This document shows, piece by piece, positions 39,613 to 53,389 of a stretch of DNA of 64,000 nt (its first letter is position 1; each line of letters begins with the position of its first letter). Under the pieces are notes generated by a model. That model searched no databases, had not been told where the DNA came from, and saw only the letters and a list, made by a program, of their open reading frames with translations. Source of the DNA: Pocillopora damicornis (lineage: Eukaryota); assembly GCF_003704095.1 (NCBI RefSeq), contig NW_020844152.1, forward strand, positions 310,001 through 374,000, given 5' to 3'. The position numbers and the translations under genes were made by a program.

Positions 39613-42303
39613 CTAGGATCTTGCCATGGAGCCACCAGCCGGCATACGGAATGCAATTTCCTAATGAAGTAAATGAAAAAGAGTTAAACTAAGGCAACTC
39701 GAACATCCTTGAATAACAGAGAAAAATTAATTTTTACGCAAGAACAAATAGGCTCTCCACCCATCTCAGGTCGAACTACTTCACCCACCCACCCACCCCT
39801 CCTTACTGCGTCTGTCGGTCGCTGAAAGGAAATTAAGTTTAAGGTGTTCATTTTCTCCCTCAATTTTGTAAGGTATTCGATATCACCAGAGGATCTAGCT
39901 ACGAGACGAACTCTTCTTTATTAACCCCACTTTTTGGTGACCTTCACCCCCCCCTCACCCCCCTTCAAGCAGACCTGCGAGTGTTTAAGCTTACTGTTTA
40001 CTTCGCTCTACGAGTAAAGAAGGAAATTATTCGTCACTCTCTCAACCATCATATGAAACTGGCTAAAACCAATCAGGACTTGCTGTTGGGTCACCTGCCT
40101 TAGGCAGCTGGGTTGTTTTTACTTAAAGTTCTCTCGCGATCTCATTTGCTCTTAAAGGTATTTTCCTTTCTTCTGATCGTCCGTTGCATGTGGTTGCTTA
40201 GTTTTGGTTTAACGACATTCAATCGATAAGCGCTCCATCTTCTCTTGTACAGGACTGACTTTTTGGTTTTATATATGTTTGTGACGACAATGCAACTCAC
40301 CCTGGCTTCTTGAGCATATGAACACCCTTGGCAGCACAAGTGTAACAGGAAGTCGTTACAATACGAACCCTACGAATAAGATCCAAGTAAGTTTAAATAA
40401 ACACTTGGTGAGTAGTAGATTAGCAAAAACTTAATTTCAGCGTCGCGTATTTTCCACAAACTAACAGCCTGGTTACGAGCGCTAGCCCGGGAAGAGGACC
40501 GGCTCTGTAATATTCTTAAGATTCNNNNNNNNNNNNNNNNNNNNNNNNNNNNNNNNNNNNNNNNNNNNNNNNNNNNNNNNNNNNNNNNNNNNNNNNNNNN
40601 NNNNNNNNNNNNNNNNNNNNNNNNNNNNNNNNNNNNNNNNNNNNNNNNNNNNNNNNNNNNNNNNNNNNNNNNNNNNNNNTGGTGTATTAGATCAGGAAAT
40701 TAGCATGAAACAGATGGGTGCCTTTTTTAAAAATGGGCAAGATGTACATTACTTCTGCTAAATGTATAAAAGTTGCATTCAATGGAGAATCGAAATAACT
40801 TCGGAATGTTTCTTTGATTTTTTAATTGACAATTCCATAAAATTTGCTCTACGAATTCTCAATTTCCATTGACAGAAATGCCTCCACTCGAACGTTTTTT
40901 TCGCTTTTTCAGCATGGATGATTAAGCATACTACTCACGCTGTCAATTAACTAATTGCAAGTGGGTTATCATTTTCAAGATCATTCAATTTCACCTGCTG
41001 ATTTAAGTTATCAAAACAAATTTCCTTAAGTACCGAGTTCCTAAGGGAAATTTTAGTCTGAGGTTCATTAACTTGGAGGATAACTGTTAAATTAATTTCC
41101 GACCTACGAAAGAGACAACTTCACCTCACGCAAAGGGGTATTGAATACTGACTCCGTAATAAATTTGTATAATCTTCTATACAACACTGTAAATGTAATT
41201 GTCCTAAGACCTTATTTCCGTTTTCCCTTTCCTCTTTTCTCGTCTTCTTCCACTATTTAAGCTTTCATTTACACAGTCACTTCTACAATCTATTCCACTG
41301 TTTTATAATCTCCATACTGACGCGCGCCCCTCACTGACATGAACAATAAGCGAAATATCATTAGCATTTGCTTGTTTCTGATTGATCCTTTCCTTCCCTA
41401 ATCTGATTTATTTTCTTTTGCCAACGCTCCACACGCTTTGCCGGACATGGTCTGAGAATTATTCCGTTTCGATCGAAATTTAAGAGATTTTGAGGATTAA
41501 TTCGAATATTTTATAGATGTCTTGAATCCACGGCTTAGTGTTTCGTGATATATTCAAAGTTGTTTTAGACGTAGCTTTGTTTTCATAAAGTGATAATTAA
41601 TAATTGATTCAAGAACATTCACGCGAGTGAACTGCAATCATCTTTCGAAGTTTCCAGCGATCCTTTCACGCTATGTCTGCGCTATGTTTTCAAATTTTGT
41701 TTTTGATAATTTTTAGCTTTCCACCATAAAATGAAAGCAAAGCTTGTTAAAAAAAGTTCGCACGAACAAGATTTACAATAGGGTTCGTTAAATCGTTCGA
41801 TGCCCTGAAAACTATCTAGGCTATGTTCTCAAGATTGCGCACTTAGGTCAAGTAAATTCTTCAGACTGATCTTAGAAATTGCCAACATAAAGACGGTAAT
41901 ACTTGCAGGGAAATCCCGTGTACATGTAGCACACGATAGACTTCTCAAAGGGTCTATCTCTTTTGATTTCAGTAGTTCATTGAAAAGATTTAAACTATTG
42001 CTCATTGTCAACACATGATTCTGACATGATGCTGTACCCTGAACTTTTCATTAGGTCATGCACTTGATTAAGTCCAAAAGCCCAACATACCGGGATCTGA
42101 TACATCGCCCGAAGTTTTCCGCGGTTTTCCGCCCCGTTTAAGACTCCTGGCAACCATAATGTGGATGCGAAACAGTGCCAGAAGCAGCTTTCTCCAAGAG
42201 CTTCCCCAATTTCCCCTGCAACGATGCATGGGCAGAAAAACGCCTTGAAGCAGATTCCAACATTTTCGAAACAGCCACAGAGACCACTCGACCAGTCGGT
42301 CAT
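39613..42303 (-). CDS. PLAC8/cornifelin family cysteine-rich protein, copy A (109 aa, 3 exons)
   Basis: Exons 42303-42091, 40369-40301 and 39660-39613 give MTDWSSGLCGCFENVGICFKAFFCPCIVAG...NRGKLRAMYQIP|GSYCNDFLLHLCCQGCSYAQEAR|EIAFRMPAGGSMARS*. This has the PLAC8 W..GL..C, CPC and QE.RE motifs. Confidence 0.92.
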
Positions 42304-42482
42304 TCTTAAATTTTCCAATCACCGCTCAAAGGTTTCGACTTCCTCCCCAAACGTGATGGTGTTGTGCTTCGAGGCAACAAGCGGTTACAGGTTGAATATT
42401 GTTTATAACTTGTGTTGCCCCGCGACGGTACAAACAATATTTTCTATTGATTGGCCAGGATCTGCAGTTTGATTTCCCTTAG

Positions 42483-45400
42483 ACCATTTTGATATGCCTG
42501 AGCGAGATAGTCATGCTTCGAATAGCCGAGGAAAAATTCTACAACCAGGCGGCAGTTTTTACAACATCGCTAGCAAAAGTCGGTGAGTGGATATGTTAGT
42601 TCCACTAAATACATTTGTTGCGCAATTAAAAATGTAAATGGAACAACAGGACATTCGCCTCCTTGTGTTGACTTTTTGTGTACGATCTCCTGCGACAGTC
42701 GAAATGAACAGTCTCTGAATTTTGTTAATAAAACACTTGATAAGAACTGAACTTTTCTGAATGAAGTTTAAAAATAGGCTATAGTTTATTATCACGAACA
42801 TCATAAAACCAGGTTCCGTCCCAACTTTTTCTTCCCTTCTCTTTTGGCGTGCATTTTAAGGACAAGGTGTTTGAAATGTTTTTATTAAAAGCCTTACCCT
42901 TACGTGGGGTACGGAAGGAGAACTGCGTGCTTATGCAGGTATTTAGGCGCCTTTTGTCGGTAGTGCTAGGAAGACAGGACAGCACCTTATTATGTATGTG
43001 ATTTTGTGGACATTTTTTTCCTCAGGTTGTAAAGCAGTGGAGTTTTTACCGCATCTTTCCAAGCTGCTTTATCAACTTGCTGAGAGCGTGCTTTTGAGTG
43101 ATGGTAAGTACCTCAGGAGAAGTACCTCAATTCAGGAAGATTTCAATATCGTCTTATCAAAATAATACAGTGCTTACCATCACTATGTATTCTTTAAGTA
43201 AAGACGATATTGATAAATCTCTCTGACTTTATTATCTAAAAGTACACACTGAACAGACAAACTTCTTTAACCTGTGGCTTACGGAACTTGGTCGGAAACG
43301 CGGTAGCGGATCTAATGATTGTTTCTTCAAACCACTGGTGTCTGCTGTACTGACAAACATTCGCAACACGTATAATAGAACTGCTGTAGCGAACAAGTCG
43401 TGATTGGATTTAGCTTTGCATTTGATTGTTTGAGAGAGTGGCGTAAGGTCTCTGGACTAATCACATAGCGGTGTAAAGCAGTCTTGAATTACTTTCGGCA
43501 TCCAATTGAAAATTACTGTAATGTGAAAGTTCTTTTCCTTTGTTTTTCGGTTTTTTTTTTCTTTGTCTTTTTTCTTGTTATTATATTTACCACTGGCACT
43601 TTCAGTTTTTTTCTCCTTTCTTTCTCATTTGAGACGCACTTTGTGGAAGATGTCACCGATGCTGTGCCTGAGTTACCTACATTTGCGAGTTTTATCGTGT
43701 AAATAATAACAAGCGCTCCTGCCTTGCTGAGGCAATGATGTAGTTCAAATTGTCCTTGTAGTGAAAATTGAGTTCTGTCGTCCGATTCGTGATTTCTCTT
43801 TACAGTTTTTTGCGGGCACCGCTGCTCATTACATCATTGGCAGTCGCTTATGGTAAAAGTTGTTAAAACCTCTGTCACTACGTCAGTGATAATACTAACA
43901 GTGGAAACTCAGCATCGGGTTATAAAATTCTTTGCAACACTTTCAACACTCACAGCACAAATGACAATAATATTACTTATTCTTTTGCCTTTTTAGATCC
44001 TTCTTGTTGGAATTGAAAGAGCGGGTGTTGCCCAGAGCAATCGATGAAAACACTGACCAACAGGAAGCTGTTGTTTCACTTCTGGGAGCCCTTGGAGGTT
44101 TGAGATCGCCTATGTCTCCTGTTTAGATTCTCTTGCTAAAGGGTTGAACATTTAATGCAACGGGAAGTTCTTGAATGCTTGTCAATTTTCTTTACTTGAT
44201 CTAATGTAAGGCGTGCATTGGAAACGAATTAACGTTTTAATAATGTACATGGTTTCCATTCGTTACTTTGGAGCACTTTCTCCAACGCCCCATTCCCTCG
44301 CTGTCACCCCCTTCTCCTAATAGATAAGGGAAAATATTGTCCAGGATTTACGAGAGTAAAAACCAGAGAGCCCGACGCTAAAATTTATCATCAACTAAGC
44401 CCAAAGCTAGCAACGGGAGTCAGCCTAGTGAGCCACATTCTTTATCACCTTCAAATTTGTCCAAATTGATTGTCTTTAAGAGATCACCTACTAGGACATT
44501 GTTTGATGTTGAGGGGGAATGGGAAGAGAAATTTTCTGTGAGGCAGTTTTCTTTTCCCCCCGTCCTTCTCTTCAAACTTATGTGATATATGAAATGGTTT
44601 CATTTCTTTCTGTTCTTTATTTTATTTTTCGCAGGAAAGGCTGAGATAAACGTCATTAAGACTTGCGCTCTTCACGCTAGCGAACAGTTAAGAGCGTGTC
44701 CACGTGAGCNNNNNNNNNNNNNNNNNNNNNNNNNNNNNNNNNNNNNNNNNNNNNNNNNNNNNNNNNNNNNNNNNNNNNNNNNNNNNNNNNNNNNNNNNNN
44801 NNNNNNNNNTATCGGACTAAAAACTGTGCCTCTATCCCGAAAATAAAATTAAAATAGTGTTGAAGTTGTCACTTACCACCATCGAACATTTACATGCAGA
44901 ACTCCGCTATGCTAACATCTGTTGTGTGACCCGAAGACTCTCCGTAGGAATTATTAAAGCGCGTTGTTCGTGCTATCTTCTAGATAACAATTTCAGAATA
45001 ATCTGCAGATCTCTATGATTATTTACCTGTTTCGATTGTAACATTCTACTACTACATATAAATCTACATCTCTCTAGATCGAGTGTTGCCGGCGTTTAAT
45101 TGCGTGACTTGTAAAATTTTTAAATGAGAATGAGCCAGCAGTAATTTGACGAGTAGCCTTCCTGCAAATTTCCCTTGATGAAATCCGAAGACATAGCCAG
45201 TTGTTTTCGTGAGCAAAGACAATAAATATGAAAGAAAAGTGAGATGCAAATGTCTCTTTTTTTTAGCTTAATAGCAGCTGTACCCTCTCCTGCAGTCTTC
45301 GTCTAAATTTTGCAAGGTCCCTCCGTATCTTATGCCTTGTTCGGTCAGTTTCGAATTCTGAAGCTAGATCATTGGCATCGGCCTCTCCGTCCTCATTCAT

Positions 45401-46766
45401 ATTTACAGAGGGGGACCTCATCAATAAACCAATTTTTGTTACGGCAGATAAGCGGCTGAAGTATCGAGCGATTTGCTGCTGTATCAACCCGTCAGTCTTA
45501 GACAACATTTCTAGCTGGTGTCGTCTCTTAAACTCTCTCGATATTAGGGAAATCACATAAGAGGACGTTGCCTTACTAATTTTCTCCCTTGCCCAGCACA
45601 CGTCTAGGAGATAATTCTCTGCTTTCTGAGAAAAGGTGGCTGTTTTTTGTGTTTTCCAAAGAGCCCATCCAAAGTTCACTTGGCTAGTTGGGGATTGTTC
45701 GTCAGAATTTTTACCTGAGGTCCGACCTTGAACGTAGCCATCCCCTATAGAATGGCAAGCCGGTCTTAGTCCATTTCCTCTTGATCTTATCCGAGGCGTA
45801 ATTTTTTTGTCGGCTTCACTGTGTTTGTCTTTGTCAGGGTACATTTAGATGGCAGCCAATGACTGAAACGTCTTGATACATCCTTCTTTTAGCAAGAATA
45901 TCTCGCTTTCTTGTTCCGTCTATGACGGATTGGGTATAGTTCTCGCGATGACCCGCGTTCAGAAATCTGTGCAAGTTGCTGATAACCACCCGCTTCTAAG
46001 ATTAGTTTGCTGAAGGTTTCTAATGTGATGAGTCTAGTGAGACCCTGAGGTGCTTCAAACTGTGCCAGTTAGTCTACGCTATAAACTTGCCGCAGTTCTT
46101 AAGTCAGAGGGAGGATCGCNNNNNNNNNNNNNNNNNNNNNNNNNNNNNNNNNNNNNNNNNNNNNNNNNNNNNNNNNNNNNNNNNNNNNNNNNNNNNNNNN
46201 NNNNNNNNNNNNNNNNNNNTGTTATGGTTGTCGTTTTCTTTGTTGTTGTTTTGTTTGTTACTTTACCCTTCTTCGTCCATGTTAGGACTAGAGGAAGAAC
46301 ACCGCCTGAAATAGTCAGCCCCAGAGTTTTGTATAGAAAGGTTTTTCCCTTATTTCCTCGTTGAACATAAATCTTTGGGTTGTGAAAGTTGAAACTCGTT
46401 TGGAGCGTTTCAACAGATATGAGTCTCAATCAACGCATTGTTTTACAACACCATTTCACTTGGACGTTTTTTCAAAACACATAGCCGAGGATTTTAGATA
46501 ACACTTTTTGGAAAACAATTCAGCTTTACTAGTGAATTTGACAATTTATCCTGCAAGAAACATAAGTGGTAGTTGCCTGATAATATCGCAAGGATCTCGA
46601 CGTCTGAAGATGAGATATTTTTTTTCAGTTTCCACTGACAGCTAAATGATTAGTTGTCCATAACTTTACTTCTTGTTGCTGTTATTATTGTTTCTTTAAG
46701 AAGGACATTCAAGGTGCCCGTTCACAGGTCCAAACATTTCTCTCCAAGTTAGAGATTTTGACATAA
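42483..46766 (+). pseudogene. NCAPG2: Duplicated, decayed 3' fragment of NCAPG2
   Basis: No 5' exons. An ~0.8 kb deletion at ~43281 removes one exon and part of the next. In-frame TAA at 43700-43702, donor GT>GC at 43732, and an insertion into an exon at 44692. Confidence 0.88.
44692..46119 (-). mobile_element. Decayed DNA transposon insertion, possibly Sola3-like (both ends run into gaps)
   Basis: Departs from the NCAPG2 exon exactly after TTAA (44688-44691) and starts GAG. The inter-gap contig holds a degenerate ORF (45263-45844, -) with GWAL..FSQK...YL...QQIARYFSR, like the helix-turn-helix tail of invertebrate transposon-derived proteins. Family assignment is from memory. Confidence 0.5.
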
Positions 46767-47291
46767 AAGGCTAAAACAGAGGGCTAATGTAGCAGACTTT
46801 TTAAGTAGCCTGTCGTGTCAAAATTTGTATTTGACCTGTTTTTGTTATGGAGCATGTTATTTGAAAGGAAAGTGTCTTTTAACGTTCTTCGACTGTATAC
46901 ACGTGGCTCGTACCAGTTCTCTTGGAGGAAATTGCGATCTGAGCAACAACTTTAGTTAAGTTTTTGGCGCATTAGTTTGTCATGACGAACTCTAGACAAA
47001 TGTTGAAATTCTGTCATGAAATACTTTCAAACTGGACCGGTTTGCTACAAATAAAATAATGATTCTGTTTCTATTATCAGTTCCTCCCCTCATAGCTTCG
47101 GTTGGTTGAATTACTGACATTTCCGGGAAACATTTTTCATTTACGGCACGATTCTTCTTTGAATCCATTTTAGGCACATATACTCCATGCAGGATAAATT
47201 TAAAAACGCAACACCGTGATAGGACTGGTTATTTTTCGTCCTCATTACCGAGGCAGGAGCCCTTGATTGCATTCTTGGAAATGCGTCGACT

Positions 47292-47680
47292 AGCGTCCGA
47301 TTTTAGACACTTGCGTCCGGCTTTGGGCTATAGTGTTTGATTATAAACACCAGTGTCCGATGCGAGATACTTGTGTTCAGTTTTAGACACTATTGTCCGA
47401 TTTGGGATTTTAGATACCGATTGGATACAACCTAGTACTTTTCATAGAAAAACGGTACTCTCCAATCTGTCATACTTACAACTAAGCAGGATTTCCATCT
47501 CAAAATATTTAGACATAGAACTCAGACAATGCTCTCGAGTGAAATGATTAGTTTATTTGGGTAGTTTCATGCGACCTTAAAAAAGTCGAAACCGTCACAA
47601 TGTAACGGCTTCCTGGTCAGAAAATTCTGGTTACAACAAAAATCAAGTGAGCCGTGAAAGTGAAAGTGAGCCGTGAAAGT
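47292..47680. mobile_element. Segment present only in duplication unit 2, with gtccga/ttttagacac repeats (MITE-like)
   Basis: Absent from the paralogous position at ~38690-38700. Contains repeated gtccga and ttttagacac motifs. Confidence 0.5.
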
Positions 47681-48787
47681 GTGAACACGAGTTAACCCTT
47701 TAACTCCCATTAGTGATTAAGACAGAATTTCTCCTCACAATATCAATACAATATCAAGAAGACAAGTGACGAGAATAAAGAAACATCAATCAGGGAACTC
47801 TTAGTTGATCCAATGCCAAATTCTCTGAACCAACTTTTTGAGGATTGTATGGTAGATAATAGGGAGAATTACTAATGAAATCTTGGGAGTGAATGGGTTA
47901 ATAGACCCTCCTCAAAATGGCGACTGGAAACAAAGACCAATGATAAAAAATGCACTACGAGGTCAGTAAAAAAAACAACAACAACAAGAAAACAAAAACA
48001 GACAAAAGAAAAAAACAAACATAAAGAAAACTACTCCCTATGGAGTTATTTTAAAGAGATTTGTCAAAACAAATTGTTACTTCATCCAAGAAATCTTAAT
48101 TATAATTCAAACGATATGAAAAAAACAAACAAGAACAAAAGCACTCCCCATGGGATTACATTACGGAGATTTGTCAAAATAAATTTTTACTTTATCCAAG
48201 AAATTTTAATCCCAATTCAAACGATAAGAGACATGGAAGGAAAATGTCAAAAGATGTCCATACAGTGTAGTTGTCATGAATTTCCAGGCCCTTTTTCTCT
48301 TTATTTTTATTTTTTTTTTAATTTGACCTATACTTGAAATATCCCCCTATTCTGACTTAGACAACGCCTTAAGGTTACATTTTTTCCAAATTGTCATTCG
48401 TCGAGAGAGCTTCATCTTAAATCGTTAAATTCAATTTCGGTCCCTCTTTTGAAGAGGATCTATTTGAGTCAGATCTGGCATTTCAAGGTAATGAATCAGA
48501 AGCTTATCAGTTACACTATGTACTTGATATGTATGAACATGCCTAGGCGAATCCACAAGGCGAATCTGCCTATTCCTAAAGAAAAGACTAGGCGCTACAA
48601 CAGCCTTGCATCCTGTGACTAATATAAACTCAGTGTCATATCATCATTTAATAACTATAAAACAAAAACACTCGCGGCGAACCATACAAAGTTCTGTAAT
48701 ACCCAGATAATAGAGAATCAAGTTCCCCGGACACACTGATAGAAGATAACACACAGTTTTAACACACAGCCAACAGAAGCCTTGGTT

Positions 48788-51210
48788 CTAGGACCTTGCT
48801 ATGGAGCCACCAGCCGGCATACGGGATGCAATTTCCTAATGAAGTGAATGAAAAAGAGTTAAACTAAGGCAACTCGAACATCCTTGAATAACAGAGAAAA
48901 ATTAATTTTTGCGCAAGAAAAAATAGGCTCTCTACCCATCCACCCCTTCTTACTGCGTCTGTCGGTCGCTAAAAGGAAATTAAGTTTAGAGTGTTCATTT
49001 TTNNNNNNNNNNNNNNNNNNNNNNNNNNNNNNNNNNNNNNNNNNNNNNNNNNNNNNNNNNNNNNNNNNNNNNNNNNNNNNNNNNNNNNNNNNNNNNNNNN
49101 NNCCTCCCCCCGCCAAGGCAATAAATAGTCACTGGTCCCTTAGAATGCAGTGGTATTAGATCAGGAAATTAGCATGAAACAGATGGGTACATTTTTAAAA
49201 ATCGGCAAGATATACATTACTTCTGCTAAATGTATAAAAGTTGCATTTAATGGAGGATCGAAATACCTTTGAGATCTTTCTTTGAAATTTCAGTTGACAA
49301 ATGCTATAAAATTTGCTTTACGAATTCTCAATTTCCATTGACAGAAATACCTCTGAACGAAGGTTTTTTTTCGCTTTTTCATACTCCTTACAATGTCAAT
49401 GAACTAATCGCAAGTGGGTTATCATTTTCAATATCATTCAATTTCACCTGCTGATTTAAGTTATAAAAACAAATTTGCTTGAGTACCGGGTTCCTAAGTG
49501 AAATTTTAGTCTGGGGTTCATTAATTTGGAAGATAACTGTTAAATTAATTGCCGACCACCGACAAGACTTATTAAATATTCTAACAATGAAACGGTTCAA
49601 ACTTCCCGTTTGCCAAAATACCGCGGAAACCTCACGCAATATCTTAACACAAACTTGGGTGACGACGATTCAGTGCCGTATTTTGAATGACGCAAAATTA
49701 TTTACGTTAACAAGAGACGCGATGAAATAAAACAAGGATGTTGCTGTTGGTACATATTTCCTAGATGCATGTTTTTTTTTATTTAGAACAAACACAAAAA
49801 ATGTCTTTTTAAGCAAATAAAACTTTGAAATGTTTTAACAATGAGATTGACACCAAGTCTACAATGATCTTTCTCTCGTTCCTCATTTTATCGCTGTTTT
49901 ACAAGATTTTACATCTTTATGGTGAGTATTTCTCTTTTGTGCGCCAAAATTGAGGGACAAAATTGAAAATTTAAATTTATCGCCTCAACAAAATCTTCAT
50001 GAATGACTAATTTTCAATAGGAGGGGGGGGAGATATAGCTTCACCTCACACAGAGGGGTAATGAATACTGACTCCGTAATAAATTTGAATAATCTTCTGT
50101 ACAACACTGTAAATATAATTGTCCTAAGACCTTATTTCCGTTTTCCATTTCCTCTTTTCTCGTCTTCTTCCACTATTTAAGCTGTTATTTACCCAGTCAC
50201 GTCTGTAATCTACCCCACTGTTTTATAATCTCCATACTGACGCGCGCCCCTTACCAACATAAATAATTAGAGAAATATCATTAGCATTTGTCTCGTTTCT
50301 GATTGATCCTTTCCTTCCCTAATCTAATATATTTTCTTTAGCCAATGCTCCACTCGCTTTGCCAGACATGGTCTGACAATTTTTCCATTTTTAGAGGTTT
50401 TGAGGATAACTCGATTATTTTAGATGTCTTGAATCCACGGCTTAGTGTTTCGTGATATATTCAAAGTTGTTTTAGACGTAGCTTTGTTTTCATAAAGTGA
50501 TAATTAATAATTGATTCAAGAACATTCACGCGAGTGAATTGCAATCATCTTTTGAAGTGTCCAGCGATCCTTTCACGCTCTATACGCTATGTTTTCAAAT
50601 TTTGTTTTTGTTAATTTTAAGCTTTCCACCATAAAATGAAAACCAAAGCTTGTTAAAAAAAAGTTCGCACGAATATAATTTACAATAGTTCGTTAAATCG
50701 TTCGATGCCCTGAAAACTATCCAGGCTGTGTTCTTAAGTTTGCGCACTTAGATCGAGTAAATTCTTCAAACTGATCATATAAATTACCAGCATAAAGACG
50801 GGAATGCTTGCAGAGAAATCACGTGTACATGTAGCACGCGATAGACCTCTCAAAGGGTCTATCTCTTCTTATTTCAGCAGTTCATTAAAAAAATTAAACT
50901 ATTGCTCATTGTCAACACATGATTCTGACATGATGCTGTACCCTGAACTTTTCATTAGGTCACACACTTGATTAAGTCCAAAAAAAGGCCAACATACCGG
51001 AATCTGATACATCGCCCGGAGTTTTCCACGGTTTTGCGCCCCGCAGTATATTCCAATCGGCCCCATTAAGGAGCAGAAACCGTGGTAAAAGCAGCCTTCT
51101 CCAAGAGCTTCACCAACTTGCCCTGCAACGATGCATGGGCAGAAATACGCCTTGATGCAGATTCCAACATTTTCGAAACAGCCACAGAGACCACTCGACC
51201 AGTCGCTCAT
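48788..51210 (-). CDS. PLAC8/cornifelin family cysteine-rich protein, copy B (middle exon presumed inside the gap at 49003-49102)
   Basis: Exon 51210-50998 MSDWSSGLCGCFENVGICIKAYFCPC...NRGKLRAMYQIP and last exon 48835-48788 EIASRMPAGGSIARS*, both with intact splice sites. Confidence 0.85.
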
Positions 51211-53389
51211 TCTTAAATTTTCCGATCACCGCTCAAAGGTTTCGTTTTCCTCCCCAAACGTGATGGTGTTATGCTTCGAGGCAACAAGCGGTTACAGGTT
51301 GAATATTGTTTATAACTTGTGTTGCCCCGCGACAGCACAAACAATATTTCTCATTGGTTGGCCAAATGAACCAGATGACATGTTAATAAAACATAACGAT
51401 GACGACCTCTGGCAGAACTTTGTCGTGTTGATTTTCAAAACTGTATGTGACCAATAAATAATCAAAAAAGATAAACAAAGTGTTGGCGTCCCTGAAACAA
51501 AAAATCGGTTACTATCGACAAGTGGATCATGAAATTTTTGTTGACTGTCTCCAAGAACGTCCCAAGCTTTCCTTTTTTAATCATTGTCTTCATTGGGTCA
51601 GTTATCACTTTTCATGTTAATTTTTGAGGACCCTGCCTTCCGAGAAACTTTAAAATTCGAACAACAAAAATCAGATTTAATGAAATAAGCATGGAGAATC
51701 GAGGTTGCCTTTATTTATCTCCTAACGCGCTAAATCCGCATCGCTAATAAAAACTACCGTGAAGAAAGAAGTGTAAGCAAAAACTTTATAAATTGACAAC
51801 TCAATATAACGAAGAAAAAAAAGATGAATACTGGGTGAGATAATATAAAACAATAACAGAAAAAAGGAAAAACTTATTCGTTTGCATATTAAAACGGACA
51901 GTATGTCGAAGGAATACAGTTCCCCACTTAAAACTGTCCCGACCAATTTCCAATTACTTTGGGTGTTTTTATACCGCAGGAAATCGGCTTTCGCACTGAA
52001 GCGAAAGTAAGTGTCATGAAACCTAAACAAAAATAAGCACAAAGACCGAACAGCGAAAAAAAGAAGAAAAACAGATATATATTGTCTTCCCAAGGCAGAT
52101 GGAAATTAATAGCCCGAGTGTGGGAAAACGCTACTAACCTAGCTTTATTAATTTTCAGACAATCCGCTTGTTTGAATTCGTTTACTATCTTGATGTCAAA
52201 TTTCTTACATTGATTTCATGTTCCAATGGTTTGCGACATACATTTTTACCATGCTGCCAATGGGATCCCCTACGTTTCAACACTTTGAGAATCCTTCAGC
52301 TTTTTGCCAATGGAGCCTTAAATTTCAAAGTTAATAACTAGTTTTCGCCATTGTTTCTTGTAACAAAGAATTTTAATCATGTTTAGGTAGGGGTTCTGAA
52401 ATCTTGTCATAATGACATATTTTGTTTTGGCAGAATACGAGAATACATATAATTCGAATAGGATATACTCTTTCTGTTTTTGTTTTTTCTATCGGTCTAT
52501 TTAAGACTGAAAAAAATCAGAAGTGTTTGGGGTTACCGAAAAATCTATTAACGAATAAAAAAACAGCTATTTAGCGCTGAAATTTAGTGCAACCAAATTA
52601 GCCAATCAAAACTGAGCCAAGTAATCCACGTGGTGAACGCGTGCATCTTAACTAGTTATGTTTGGCGAAGAACTTGGGCTTCGACAATTGACGTATCACT
52701 TTACTTTCCAGCAGTTTTCCGTTTTCACAATTTGTAGCAACGCTTAGTGCATCATTGTTAGTAAAGGGCATCAGCAAGTAAAAGCATGTTCACGTTTACC
52801 TGAAGTCAGTAATATTTCTTGACGGATTATATTCAAATAGCTTTAGATCTGTACAGCGTAGTCTTAGGTTATGATTCGATAACGAAAATTTAAAGTGTAC
52901 AAACCATGTCGAGAGATGTTTTGCAAGCTAAAAAAAGCTATCTATTTTTCTAAGAATTAGTAATACTCTGCTTGTTATTCTACCTTCTCGAAGTTTCCAG
53001 TAAAGACAATTTGACCACGTGTTATGGCTTTCAAAGACTTTATTTACAGCCAAATGTTCTATCTCATTTTAGACGTTTATCACATCGTTTTTGATAGAGT
53101 TGGTCTCATGTCTCTCAATCGAAGACAACTATTACATGTGACTCAAAGTTAAGAAAGGTCTTTCAAGTGACGCATATATGGAACTCTTTTTAGTGTCCGC
53201 TCAACTTCAGGGTGTCCTAATTACCGAACTCTGGCTTGTGCCAAACTCTCAGTCACCTTAAACGAGCCAAAAAAAGAGCGTATGAACGGTTAGGGGAGTA
53301 AGGGTGGAGAGCTCGGGTTGCGCAGCCGTTTCCCTGACAACCGCAACCGCTGTTTCTCGTTCGATATGATAAAATAAAATATAAACTTG

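Larger units (their letters stand above)
34284..51364. repeat. Tandem segmental duplication: unit 1 34284-42457, unit 2 42458-51364
   Basis: Collinear near-identical blocks (34290-39860 vs 42465-49002; 40680-42457 vs 49150-51364). The junction TTGGCCA|GGATCT at 42457/42458 joins the end of the unit (cf. 51358-51364) to its start (cf. 34284-34290). Confidence 0.92.

Noticed and set aside
34284-51364. Duplication as an uncollapsed haplotype artefact
   Set aside because: The junction lies inside a contig, and the second NCAPG2 part carries a stop, an exon deletion and an insertion, which is unlikely for an allele of an essential gene. Read depth is still needed for proof.
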